Shown piece by piece: positions 8,957 to 19,121 of a DNA stretch of 64,000 nt (the stretch's first letter is position 1; every line of letters begins with the position of its first letter). Below the pieces are notes generated by a model. The model ran no database searches and was not told where the DNA came from. It saw only the letters and a list, made by a program, of their open reading frames with translations. Source of the stretch: Gammaproteobacteria bacterium (lineage in GTDB: Bacteria > Pseudomonadota > Gammaproteobacteria > CBDBBL01); assembly GCA_965203125.1 (NCBI GenBank), contig CBDBBL010000018.1, forward strand, positions 11,949-75,948, written 5' to 3'. The position numbers were made by a program, and so were the translations under genes.

Positions 8957-10200
8957 AGGACATCCAACACATCTTGATGCTGCTTACCCAAGTCTGCCAC
9001 ATCACTATTTAGTTCACCACTATTTGCTCCAGAAGTCACATCACCATGCCCTGCAACTGGTAACGACTGCAACTGAAAATGATCATCTGCTGTCAATAAA
9101 TGTGTTAAGCGATTCATTCCACCCAAAACTAGTAACCGCAGCTGTAGTTGCTGATTGCCAATTTGCCCCACATCAACTTTTCTAATTGCTTTGATTTTCT
9201 TTAAATAAGTCAGGATATTAGTATAAGCACTCAAATCACCAACACCATGTACAACCAAACTCACAGGCTTAGCAACATTATCTGATAATACTTGCACGTG
9301 TGACGGAGCCATATCACTCAAAAGATGACCAAACAGCCTGTCTAAAACTTCCTGAGGGTTCCTTCCAGACTGCTTACCAATAGCAACCTGAACACCTTTC
9401 TTATACTCCACCCACTGACCTTGCCACTGATTATTTCCCGCCAGTGGATACAATCTTAAAAACAAGACATGCACAGATTGATAACGCTGACTGGCTAGCA
9501 AGACTTTTTTAACATCAAACTTCCAAATCTGATCTTTAGAAATAATTTGTAAATCAGTCAAATCAAATAAAGGTAACGTTAAGTGAATGCCATAGCGTGT
9601 CGCACTATCACTTAGCAACTTAGATAGTGTTGTTGATCCAGCTGTAGTTAATTTCGACTGCGCAGTGACGATAGGATTATTACCCACAAATAATCGTGCC
9701 TGTTGACTTAATACCCCCCAGACTAAAAACGAAGGCCTCTTTCCCACCCAAATTGGTAACATCATTTTCTCTAATGCACGACTAATTACCTGTTGATTCA
9801 GCTGAACAAGCAGTAGCCCTTGACTCACCGTAAAATTCTGCACAAGTTGTGGCGCATGCTTTAGTAAGTCACGCAGTGTTTTCTGCACAAGAACCTGATT
9901 AGTAAGTAGCTCAGAAACCTGGTTATTCTGTAAGGCAGCATCACTTTGATCTTGATCATCATCAGACTTTGAAACCTTACACTGCGATGCTAGGGAATCA
10001 TCTGGCAAAGCATTCAACTGGTAATCACAAAGCAAATTGGCGTTCCCAGTTACCTTTATTAAGACTTGTATCAGTGCACGCCTAGCTAACTGTGCTGAAA
10101 CTTTTTGCACACTCGATTGAACAGGAAAAGTGGCGGTATACATATTCGAATCCGCTACTGCCATAGAAAACAAAAAAAGACTACATAATAAAAACTTCAT
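8941..10200 (-). CDS. secreted protein with signal peptide, DUF2066-like (hypothetical)
   Basis: N-terminal signal peptide MKFLLCSLFLFSMAVA. A gene of this type adjacent to hda recalls the Pseudomonas-type arrangement; the family call is from memory only. Confidence 0.45.
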   Translation of the reverse strand: MKFLLCSLFLFSMAVADSNMYTATFPVQSSVQKVSAQLARRALIQVLIKVTGNANLLCDYQLNALPDDSLASQCKVSKSDDDQDQSDAALQNNQVSELLTNQVLVQKTLRDLLKHAPQLVQNFTVSQGLLLVQLNQQVISRALEKMMLPIWVGKRPSFLVWGVLSQQARLFVGNNPIVTAQSKLTTAGSTTLSKLLSDSATRYGIHLTLPLFDLTDLQIISKDQIWKFDVKKVLLASQRYQSVHVLFLRLYPLAGNNQWQGQWVEYKKGVQVAIGKQSGRNPQEVLDRLFGHLLSDMAPSHVQVLSDNVAKPVSLVVHGVGDLSAYTNILTYLKKIKAIRKVDVGQIGNQQLQLRLLVLGGMNRLTHLLTADDHFQLQSLPVAGHGDVTSGANSGELNSDVADLGKQHQDVLDVLWHNS

Positions 10201-10571
10201 TAGTATTACCCTAAAGAACTACACAGAAATAACTTGAATAATTGATCCCTTGTGATATCACGGACAGGCCATTGCGAAAGTTTTTGAATTTGTGTTCTAT
10301 CAAAAGCATGCGGTAAAAATCAGCGTTTTCAATGGTGGTGAGTATAACATGCTTTTGCTACAATGAATATGCTGTGGTTTAGGAACTGCCAGCAAATAAC
10401 TTAAGCGATTGGCGCACAGATTGTGTTCAGGCTTGAAGGTTTTGATTGAGAAAAACCACAGTAATAGCAAGCTATTGCACGGATTTTTCGATTGCTAAAT
10501 TTTCAAAGATGAGCATAAGCTGGGTGATGAATCGTTGAAGTTATTTACTGACAGCTCCTTAGGCATAAGGG

Positions 10572-11972
10572 GTGATCATGCACATTAGTATTTTTGATTT
10601 ATTTTCGATCGGAATCGGACCTTCTAGCTCACACACAGTAGGGCCGATGAAAGCTGCTTTTGAATTTATTCAGAAAATAAACCACAACAAGTTACATCCA
10701 TTATCTCAAGTATCAAGGGTACAGGTCGACACCTATGGATCATTAGCATTAACAGGCAAGGGTCATGGTACTGAAAAAGCTATTCTAATGGGGTTGTCTG
10801 GAGAACTTCCAGACACAGTCCACCCAGCAAGTATCCCTCAACAACTTCAACAAATCACAAAAAAACATCAAATTATTTTAAACAAAACACATCCTATCAC
10901 ATTTGATATAAAGCAAGACTTCTTACTACACAAAGAAAAAGCACTTCCCAAACACAGTAATGGCATGAAACTTAATGCGTTTAATGCTGATCATCAGCTT
11001 ATTGCAGAAGAAACATATTACTCAATTGGCGGTGGATTTATTGTAACAGATAAAGATTTTGGCAAAGAAAACACAGGTGCCACGGATATCAAAGTACCTT
11101 ATTCCTTTAACACAGCGACTGAACTTTTTTCACACTGCCTGCAACACCACTTATCAATCGATCAGGTGATGCGTTACAATGAACAGACCATCCATCAAGA
11201 CCAAGAAATCAATCAACGTTTAGACTCGATTGCTGCCACCATGGAAAACTGCATTCACACAGGATGTCGTAGCGATGGCATCTTACCTGGCGGGCTCAAA
11301 GTAAAACGTCGCGCACCTGAAATTTATCAAAAACTCCAAGTATCACAAAAGATCCCTCCAAAAAATGTAAATCACAGCGAAGTCATGAACTGGCTTAATG
11401 TCTTTGCCATGGCGGTGAATGAAGAAAATGCTGCAGGTGGCCGCATTGTCACCGCACCGACCAATGGTGCTGCAGGCATTATTCCCAGCGTATTAGAATA
11501 CTACAAACGCTTTTGTGATGGCACCCAAAAAGGTATTCGTCAATTTCTCTTAACCGCAGGTGCCATTGCTATTCTATATAAAAAGGGAGCTTCCATTTCC
11601 GGAGCAGAAGTCGGCTGCCAAGGTGAAGTTGGCGTTGCATGCTCGATGGCAGCAGGCGCATTATGCGCTGTATTAGGCGGCACATTAACTCAAATTGAAA
11701 ATGCTGCAGAAATTGGCATGGAACACAACCTAGGGCTCACCTGTGACCCCGTTGCCGGCTTAGTACAAATACCTTGCATTGAACGCAACGCTATGGGAGC
11801 AGTTAAAGCTGTTAATGCTGCCCATCTAGCGCTAGCAGAAACAGATAGTAACAAAGTGTCTTTGGACAAAGTCATTGAAACTATGAAGCAAACAGGGGCT
11901 GATATGGCCCATCACTACAAGGAAACCTCACTGGGCGGGCTAGCTATTCAAGTGGGGTTGCCAGAGTGTTAA
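10572..11972 (+). CDS. sdaA: L-serine dehydratase (4Fe-4S L-serine ammonia-lyase)
   Basis: 466 aa; N-terminal [21 protein letters not shown] hallmark of single-chain L-serine dehydratases. Confidence 0.9.
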   Translation: MIMHISIFDLFSIGIGPSSSHTVGPMKAAFEFIQKINHNKLHPLSQVSRVQVDTYGSLALTGKGHGTEKAILMGLSGELPDTVHPASIPQQLQQITKKHQIILNKTHPITFDIKQDFLLHKEKALPKHSNGMKLNAFNADHQLIAEETYYSIGGGFIVTDKDFGKENTGATDIKVPYSFNTATELFSHCLQHHLSIDQVMRYNEQTIHQDQEINQRLDSIAATMENCIHTGCRSDGILPGGLKVKRRAPEIYQKLQVSQKIPPKNVNHSEVMNWLNVFAMAVNEENAAGGRIVTAPTNGAAGIIPSVLEYYKRFCDGTQKGIRQFLLTAGAIAILYKKGASISGAEVGCQGEVGVACSMAAGALCAVLGGTLTQIENAAEIGMEHNLGLTCDPVAGLVQIPCIERNAMGAVKAVNAAHLALAETDSNKVSLDKVIETMKQTGADMAHHYKETSLGGLAIQVGLPEC

Positions 11973-13243
11973 TCGAATAATTTACCCATCAACGCTAATA
12001 TCTTATAAGCACTGCTAGATACTTTATTCAGATTGTTACGCCAGTGTATAGGAACTGAAAAATAATATGCTATATGAATTGGCCAACAATCTTTATCGAA
12101 CCCCTTCAAATGATTATATGTCGTGTATTGATAATTTTCCCAATACACTACAATCTCTTTCAATTTATCAAGAATGTTGTTTATACTTCGCCGACACAAA
12201 GCCTTACTATAAAATATATGATCATAAAGAGCTTTAACATCTCTAACCTGCAAAATAAACTCTGCATCGCTATTCGCAAACCCTGCTGGCTTGTGCATCA
12301 ATGGATAGTATGAAGGGTATAAATATAAACAACCACCGCTACATGCATAATTACCTTGCTCCCATACTTGCACCAAATCAGGCAAGTGTGATTGCATAAC
12401 TTGAAAGCATTTCAGCAATTCCGACCTAAGCTTATACTGCCTTCTATCGTCGTCACTTAATAATAGGAGACTTCCGTACCGATCAAGAACCTTAGGTGAT
12501 AAGAAATGCTTATCCATACTGCGTTTAGCAAGCATATACCTCGCAGAACGTAACAGCCCCTCGCTCTTGTCATTACAAAAAACTTTTTCCAATCTTTGTT
12601 TTCTCTCGATCAAACTATCAGCACAAATAGGCTCTACACCATGGTTACCTATCAAACATTCAGAGCGCAACCTATCTGTTGCAGGGGATACTGTCAATTG
12701 ACGCAATTCATCTAAAGAAATCTCATCCTTCTTCATATCATCGCAACCAGAGCTACCGTCATTAGCTAGGCAATATTTTAAGCATCTAGATACACAACCA
12801 GTATCTTCGTCAACATACTTCATACGAAAGCAGAAGTATTGGCGACCTGAGGGAGTTGAAATCAAGCCAAGACACTCTACATGCAAACTATCACTCATCA
12901 TATGATCAACGTGAAATATCAAACTAGTACAGAAACACGCTTTTGTTCTTATATTTTGTATCGCAACTTTAAAATTAATAACTTTTAAATCACCACTCTC
13001 CGCAACCTTAAACTTAAAATTCCTTGAAGCTAAACCAGCATGCTGATTACGCTCAACTAGCTTAACCTTAACATTTTCTTCTAACCTTATGATTTTGCGG
13101 CGAATATAACTAACTTCACTATATTCATTTCTCCCAACACTATAGTCAGCTCGATCACAAGATGAACTGCTTAGCAATATAACTGGCACACCCAATTTCC
13201 GCCTATATAAATAGAATCTATTAAAAAAAAAGCTGAACAACAT
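11969..13243 (-). CDS. large Cys-rich orphan protein, hypothetical (ORF track runs to 13396; start probably an internal Met ~13243)
   Basis: Long ORF in an AT-rich tract with no recognisable catalytic motifs. It is convergent with sdaA (4-nt overlap), and the upstream part of the ORF overlaps aspC. Confidence 0.45.
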   Translation of the reverse strand: MLFSFFFNRFYLYRRKLGVPVILLSSSSCDRADYSVGRNEYSEVSYIRRKIIRLEENVKVKLVERNQHAGLASRNFKFKVAESGDLKVINFKVAIQNIRTKACFCTSLIFHVDHMMSDSLHVECLGLISTPSGRQYFCFRMKYVDEDTGCVSRCLKYCLANDGSSGCDDMKKDEISLDELRQLTVSPATDRLRSECLIGNHGVEPICADSLIERKQRLEKVFCNDKSEGLLRSARYMLAKRSMDKHFLSPKVLDRYGSLLLLSDDDRRQYKLRSELLKCFQVMQSHLPDLVQVWEQGNYACSGGCLYLYPSYYPLMHKPAGFANSDAEFILQVRDVKALYDHIFYSKALCRRSINNILDKLKEIVVYWENYQYTTYNHLKGFDKDCWPIHIAYYFSVPIHWRNNLNKVSSSAYKILALMGKLFD

Positions 13244-13318
13244 ACCCCCTCCAAAATGAATACATCTACCAATCTTTAAGGTATCATGTACAAAGATAAT
13301 ATTACGAAATGGTGCATT

Positions 13319-14500
13319 ATGACAAGTCTTTTCTCCAAACGAGCTCAATCCGTCAAACCATCCCCAACACTGGCAATTAGCGCCAAAGCCGCTCAATTAA
13401 AACAGGCAGGTCGAGACATCATCTCACTGAGTGTCGGCGAGCCAGATTTTGACACCCCAGAACATATTAAAGTGGCCGCCATCGATGCAATTAAAGCAGG
13501 AGATACCAACTATACGCCAGTTGACGGAACACCAAAACTAAAAGCGGCAATTATCCATAAATTTGCACGTGATAATCAACTCACTTTTTCCGCAAACGAG
13601 ATCATTGCTTCAACAGGCGCTAAACAGGTGATCTATAATGCATTACAAGCACTCCTCAATGAGGGAGATGAGGTAATCATTCCTGCACCTTACTGGGTTT
13701 CCTATCCAGACATGGTTCGCTTGGCAGGTGGCACACCCGTTATCGCACCAACACAGATTGAGCAGAAATTCAAACTCACCGCAACCACGCTAAAACAAGC
13801 TATTACACCCAACACCAAAGCCATTATTGTTAACAGCCCCTCTAATCCAACAGGCCAAAGCTACAACACAAAGGAATTAAGAGAGCTCACTGATTTATTA
13901 AAACAACACCCTAATATTTGGATTATTTCTGACGATATTTATGAACCTATTTTGTGGTCAAAAGAACCTTTCGTGAATCCTCTGATGGTAGAACCACAAC
14001 TCAGAGAAAGAACATTGATCGTCAATGGCGTGTCAAAAAGTTACGCTATGACAGGCTGGAGAATCGGTTATGCTGCTGGTCCTAGCTCATTAATTCAACT
14101 CATGAAAAAAATACAATCACAAAGCACATCAAACCCCAACAGCATCGCACAAGCAGCTAGTGCTGCTGCACTAACTGGTGACCAATCATGCGTCAAGATG
14201 ATGTGTCAGGCATTTCAGCAACGTCACGACATGCTACATCAACAGCTTGAGTCTATACCTGGCATCACCCCATACAAATCAACAGGCACTTTCTACTTGT
14301 TTGTCGATATTCGTCAAGCAATGCAGCAGAAAAACATCAACACAGATGTTGAGTTTGCAAGTGAATTACTGAGCAATGGGGTCGCAGTTGTCCCAGGCAG
14401 TGCCTTTGGCTGTGAGGGTTTTATGCGCCTATCCTTTGCATTAAGCCAAGATATGCTAGATAAAGCTGTCAAAAGAATCGCTGAATTTCTAAGGAGCTAA
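13319..14500 (+). CDS. aspartate/aromatic aminotransferase (class I, AspC-like)
   Basis: PLP aminotransferase class I fold: SLSVGEPDFDTP, NSPSNPTG, SKSYAMTGWRIGY (PLP lysine). Start chosen at MTSLFSK. Confidence 0.85.
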   Translation: MTSLFSKRAQSVKPSPTLAISAKAAQLKQAGRDIISLSVGEPDFDTPEHIKVAAIDAIKAGDTNYTPVDGTPKLKAAIIHKFARDNQLTFSANEIIASTGAKQVIYNALQALLNEGDEVIIPAPYWVSYPDMVRLAGGTPVIAPTQIEQKFKLTATTLKQAITPNTKAIIVNSPSNPTGQSYNTKELRELTDLLKQHPNIWIISDDIYEPILWSKEPFVNPLMVEPQLRERTLIVNGVSKSYAMTGWRIGYAAGPSSLIQLMKKIQSQSTSNPNSIAQAASAAALTGDQSCVKMMCQAFQQRHDMLHQQLESIPGITPYKSTGTFYLFVDIRQAMQQKNINTDVEFASELLSNGVAVVPGSAFGCEGFMRLSFALSQDMLDKAVKRIAEFLRS

Positions 14501-14503
14501 TCA

Positions 14504-15412
14504 ATGACAACACCCACACATCAACCCAGTATCATCAATAATATCCCTACCCACGGATATTATTTGATCTTCTCATGTCAACAACAAGATGATGCACAAC
14601 AGACGCTACTGCAACTAGCACCTATGCTCGATTATCAAAAATGCACTTTAGGGCTAGGAAGCAACCTGCTCAAACAAGAAACAAATATCTTTGAAAAGCA
14701 CACTGCCTTACAGAATGAAGATAAAATATTACCCAGCAAAAATCATGACCTTGCAATTTGGTTGCAGGGTCATGATGCTGGCGTGCTTTTTCATCAAGCT
14801 AGAAAACTAATCAAGACACTTTCAACCGCTTTTAAGCTTGAAGAAATTACACGAGCAAATGATCACCTACCCCAAAAGGCTAATGATAACAAAGTCAATC
14901 ATGACTTATCTGGTTTTGAAGATGGCACCGAAAACCCCGAAGGAAAAGACATTAGCAAAACGGCTTTCGTACAAAGCGAAGATCGATTACAGCACAGTGG
15001 TAGTTGCTGGGTATTACAGAAGTGGCAACATCAATTTGACCAGCTCGACAACATGACTCAAAATCACAAAGAAAAGCTAGTAGGTCGTAGTTTAGATGAT
15101 AATCATGAGTTCGATGACAACCAGCCTTCTGCTCACGTACAGCGCACGGCTCAAGAAAGCTTCTCACCACAAGCGTTTATGTGGCGCCGTTCAATGCCAT
15201 GGATCAATGATCAACTAAAAGGAGGATTGATGTTCAGTGCCTTTGCTCAATCATTCTACCCTTTTGAAGCACAGATGAATCGGATGCTTGGAAATGAAGA
15301 TAACATCATCGATGGTATTTTTGAGTTCTCGTCCATTCAATATACCAGTTATTTTTGGTGCCCACCTTTGGTTAATAAAAAACTTGCTTACGATCTCGCT
15401 CTAAGAGGGTAA
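14504..15412 (+). CDS. Dyp-type peroxidase family protein
   Basis: Contains the DyP GxxDG signature as GFEDGTENP; 302 aa fits YfeX-like DyPs. Confidence 0.7.
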   Translation: MTTPTHQPSIINNIPTHGYYLIFSCQQQDDAQQTLLQLAPMLDYQKCTLGLGSNLLKQETNIFEKHTALQNEDKILPSKNHDLAIWLQGHDAGVLFHQARKLIKTLSTAFKLEEITRANDHLPQKANDNKVNHDLSGFEDGTENPEGKDISKTAFVQSEDRLQHSGSCWVLQKWQHQFDQLDNMTQNHKEKLVGRSLDDNHEFDDNQPSAHVQRTAQESFSPQAFMWRRSMPWINDQLKGGLMFSAFAQSFYPFEAQMNRMLGNEDNIIDGIFEFSSIQYTSYFWCPPLVNKKLAYDLALRG

Positions 15413-15664
15413 ACGTTCTTTAGCTTTGGCTAATTGACTTTTTAAACGCAATACTTTTAATCTCATAATCGTCAGCGGGTAAGATAGCACCAGCAACATC
15501 ATCAAAGCACCACACAACAAAGTTAATGCTAACAACAAAGCTAAGGAAACCTTTAATGTCCCCACATAATAATTCAGCGCAACAACACTTGCATTTAAAT
15601 TGGCAAATATGAAACCAACTACCACAACCGCTATGAAAACAATAAAAGAGAGTAACTTTTTCAT
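15401..15664 (-). CDS. lapA: LapA-like (DUF1049) small inner-membrane protein
   Basis: 87 aa with two TM segments and a basic C-terminal tail. It lies where lapA follows rpsA-ihfB in other gammaproteobacteria, but no ihfB is present here. Confidence 0.55.
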   Translation of the reverse strand: MKKLLSFIVFIAVVVVGFIFANLNASVVALNYYVGTLKVSLALLLALTLLCGALMMLLVLSYPLTIMRLKVLRLKSQLAKAKERLPS

Positions 15665-15717
15665 TCGCTCATTCTATACACAAAGTTACTAAAAATACAT
15701 CCAATACAGATGAAGAT

Positions 15718-15753
15718 ACCAAAAACAAAAACGGGCACTATGCAAGTGCCCGT
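15718..15753 (-). terminator. rho-independent terminator downstream of rpsA
   Basis: Perfect 8-bp stem acgggcac/gtgcccgt with a 7-nt loop, followed on the minus strand by a T-run (plus-strand aaaaacaaaa). Confidence 0.55.
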
Positions 15754-15777
15754 TTAAAAAAGAAAGAAACTGCTTAT

Positions 15778-17433
15778 TTAAGCTTTGTCTTTACCTTGAA
15801 GTTGATCTTTAAATAGATCTCCCAAAGTACTAGACTCTGGCGCATCAGCAGTCATATTACTACGCTGCAACGCTTTAATTGATAGCGCCACCATACGGCT
15901 CTTACGATCAAAACCAGTCACTTGCGCCTCAACTTCTTCATCAATCGTCAAGTATTCACGTGCATCTTTAATGTTACCCACACTGATATCTGATGCTTTA
16001 ATATAACCTGTAAGATCATCACCAAGATCAAGTGTTGCACCTTTAGCATCTAGGTGAGTCACCTTACCTTTAGCTAAACTTCCTTTTGGATGCCCATCAG
16101 AGAAGTCAGTCATCGGATCTTCATCCAGTTGTTTAATACCTAAAGAAATACGTTCGCGCTCAGAATCAACAGACAAAATAATTGCCTCAACTTCGTCACC
16201 TTTTTTATAGCTACGAATTGCTTCCTCTTCATTCATCGCCCATGAAATATCAGACATATGAATCAAACCATCGATATTTCCTTGTAATCCAACAAATAAG
16301 CCAAAATCAGTAATAGAACGAACCTGTCCTTTCACTCGATCACCTTCTTTATGGGCACTTGCATAAACTTGCCAAGGATTTTCTGTGCACTGTTTAATCC
16401 CCAAAGAAATACGTCGACGAGACTGATCTACTTCCAGCACCATCACATCTACTTCACCCCCTAATTGCACCACTTTGCTTGGATGAATGTTTTTATTGGT
16501 CCAATCCATTTCAGACATGTGAACAAGACCTTCCACACCATCTTCAATCTCAACAAAACAACCATAATCCGTTAGGTTAGTCACACGACCTTTTGCACGA
16601 CTTCCTACTGGATATTGATTAATAATTGCAGCCCACGGATCATCTCCCGTTTGCTTCATTCCTAGTGACACACGATTTTTCTCACGATCAAATTTCAAAA
16701 TTGCAACGTCAATTTCATCACCCACTTTCAAAATCTCACTCGGGTGCTTAATGCGCTTCCAAGACATATCTGTAATATGCAACAAACCATCAATACCACC
16801 TAAGTCAACGAAAGCACCGTAGTCAGTTAAGTTTTTAACCACACCTTTAACGATCTGACCTTCGTCAAGATTCTCTAGGAATTCTTTGCGCTCTACACTA
16901 GTTTCTTGCTCAACCACAGCACGACGAGAAACAACAATATTATTACGCTTTTGATCTAATTTAATTAATTTAAACTCAAGTTCTTGACCTTCTAAGCATG
17001 CTGGATCACGTACAGGACGCATATCAACTAAGGATCCTGGTAAAAATGCTTTAATTGAGCTAATCATCACAGCAAAACCGCCTTTAACTCGCTCCGTAAC
17101 TACCCCAACAATATTTTCATTATTTTCAAATGCATCATATAAAGATTGCCATGCTGCTGCACGACGTGCTCTTTCTCGCGATAATTTAGGTTCACCAAAT
17201 CCATTTTCAGGGGTAACCACAACCACATCAATTAGATCACCAACGTTGATTTCTAGCTGACCTTTTCCATCCATAAACTCAAATTTAGGGATAGGCACAT
17301 CTGCTTTCATTCCTGCACTAACAATAACACTTTCAGGACGAACTTGTGTGACCACTGCACTAATTAAAGAATTCTTATTAAAGCTTGTATTTTCTAAACT
17401 TTCGTTCAGTAATTGTTCAAAATTTTCTATCAT
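15778..17433 (-). CDS. rpsA: 30S ribosomal protein S1
   Basis: 551 aa with six S1 repeats. Confidence 0.95.
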   Translation of the reverse strand: MIENFEQLLNESLENTSFNKNSLISAVVTQVRPESVIVSAGMKADVPIPKFEFMDGKGQLEINVGDLIDVVVVTPENGFGEPKLSRERARRAAAWQSLYDAFENNENIVGVVTERVKGGFAVMISSIKAFLPGSLVDMRPVRDPACLEGQELEFKLIKLDQKRNNIVVSRRAVVEQETSVERKEFLENLDEGQIVKGVVKNLTDYGAFVDLGGIDGLLHITDMSWKRIKHPSEILKVGDEIDVAILKFDREKNRVSLGMKQTGDDPWAAIINQYPVGSRAKGRVTNLTDYGCFVEIEDGVEGLVHMSEMDWTNKNIHPSKVVQLGGEVDVMVLEVDQSRRRISLGIKQCTENPWQVYASAHKEGDRVKGQVRSITDFGLFVGLQGNIDGLIHMSDISWAMNEEEAIRSYKKGDEVEAIILSVDSERERISLGIKQLDEDPMTDFSDGHPKGSLAKGKVTHLDAKGATLDLGDDLTGYIKASDISVGNIKDAREYLTIDEEVEAQVTGFDRKSRMVALSIKALQRSNMTADAPESSTLGDLFKDQLQGKDKA

Positions 17434-17505
17434 AATTTATATCTCTCTTGTTCACATTAAGAAGCAAACAAGGCTAATTTTTATCTAAACAAAGTAATTT
17501 CAAGA

Positions 17506-18186
17506 TTACTTTATTCCCCTTTCTTTTATGAGCGTGCATACCTGGGCAAACACTTCATCAATGGATGACTCACTACTATTTATCACAATCGCATCATCTG
17601 CAGCTTTCAATGGAGACACCAGTCGACTACGATCACGCTGATCACGCTGTTGCAAATTGTTCAAAATTTTCGCGAGTGTAGCACTGCTATCTCCCGCTTG
17701 CAAGCATTGCTGATAACGTCTTTGCGCTCGCACTTCACAACTGGCATCTAAGAACACTTTCAACACAGCATCTGGAAAAACCACCGTCCCCATATCCCTA
17801 CCATCTGTCACCAAACCTGGTGAAGCAGACCAGCACCCCGACCGCTGCCAATCCAGCAGTGCAGTACGCACTTTTGGATATTTTGCTAATTCTGATGCTT
17901 TAATACCGATTGCTTCTGTACGCGTTTCTGGCAAGCCTTCAGAACTTAGTTTCCAGCGCTTGTCTGCAGTTACTTTAACATTATTCAGTTGAAAATTAGT
18001 AATAAACGCTACTAATGCTAATTCATTAGAGAAGTCTATACCTGACTGTACGGCATGGAGTGCAACCAAACGGTACACACAACCTGAATCAAGATAATGA
18101 AAACCAAACTCTGAGGCGATACGTTGCGCTAATGTGCCTTTACCTGAGCCACTAGGTCCATCAATCGTAATGACTACATAATTCAT
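17506..18186 (-). CDS. cmk: cytidylate kinase
   Basis: P-loop ITIDGPSGSGKGT; 226 aa; upstream of rpsA as is usual. Confidence 0.9.
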   Translation of the reverse strand: MNYVVITIDGPSGSGKGTLAQRIASEFGFHYLDSGCVYRLVALHAVQSGIDFSNELALVAFITNFQLNNVKVTADKRWKLSSEGLPETRTEAIGIKASELAKYPKVRTALLDWQRSGCWSASPGLVTDGRDMGTVVFPDAVLKVFLDASCEVRAQRRYQQCLQAGDSSATLAKILNNLQQRDQRDRSRLVSPLKAADDAIVINSSESSIDEVFAQVCTLIKERGIK

Positions 18187-19100
18187 GGCATATCATCAAT
18201 CGCCACTTTTTTAGCGGGCAACAAACTGTTGCGATCCAATCCCATCATAAGTGCCAACGAACCTGCCACATAAATTGAGGAGTAGGTACCAATTAAAATA
18301 CCAATCATCAATGCCAAAGCAAAGGGTTTCAAAACCTCACCGCCATAAAGATATAAAGCGATCACAACCAACAACGTCAACCCAGACGTCATAATCGTTC
18401 TTGAAAGCGTTTGATTAATTGATAAATTCATCACTTCAATAGCTGTCTTCTTCCTCACCTTACGAAAGCACTCACGCACTCGATCATAAACAACAATGGT
18501 ATCGTTTAGGGAATAACCAATAACCGTCAGTACCGCGGCCAACGTAATCAAGTTAAATTCAATATGAAAAAAAGAAAAAATGCCTAACACCAATATAGGA
18601 TCATGAATCATTGCAACTGTGGCACTTACGCCAAAACGATAGTCAAAACGAACAGCAACATAAAGCATGGTTGCCAATAGAGAAACAATAATAGCCAATA
18701 TACCGTTAGTGACTAAAGCCTTTCCTACCTGTGGCCCTATATAGTCCATGCGCACAATCTTCCCCAGTGGCAACGCACGCTGCACAGCTTGCTTCACTTG
18801 ATCTTGTTTTTCATGCGCTTTAGGCTGCAGCTTGATTGAAACCTCATGTGAAGTTCCGTAGTTCTGCACTCCAGCATGCAATAAGCCAGCAGTATCCAAC
18901 TGCTCTCGGATATGTGTCAAATTTGCAGGCTGTTGATAGTGAAGTTGCATCTGCACACCACCAGTGAAGTCTAAGCCTAAATTCAATCCATGAACAATTA
19001 AAGACCCCAATGAAAATATAAATAGTAGCCCAGAGAAAATAGCGGCCCAACGACGCTGCCCCATAAAATCAATCGCTGATTTTGCTTTAAAAAATTCCAT
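18183..19100 (-). CDS. secF: protein translocase subunit SecF
   Basis: 305 aa polytopic protein; follows secD with a 4-nt overlap. Confidence 0.9.
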   Translation of the reverse strand: MEFFKAKSAIDFMGQRRWAAIFSGLLFIFSLGSLIVHGLNLGLDFTGGVQMQLHYQQPANLTHIREQLDTAGLLHAGVQNYGTSHEVSIKLQPKAHEKQDQVKQAVQRALPLGKIVRMDYIGPQVGKALVTNGILAIIVSLLATMLYVAVRFDYRFGVSATVAMIHDPILVLGIFSFFHIEFNLITLAAVLTVIGYSLNDTIVVYDRVRECFRKVRKKTAIEVMNLSINQTLSRTIMTSGLTLLVVIALYLYGGEVLKPFALALMIGILIGTYSSIYVAGSLALMMGLDRNSLLPAKKVAIDDMP

Positions 19101-19121
19101 ACAGTTTAAACCTATTTTGTT

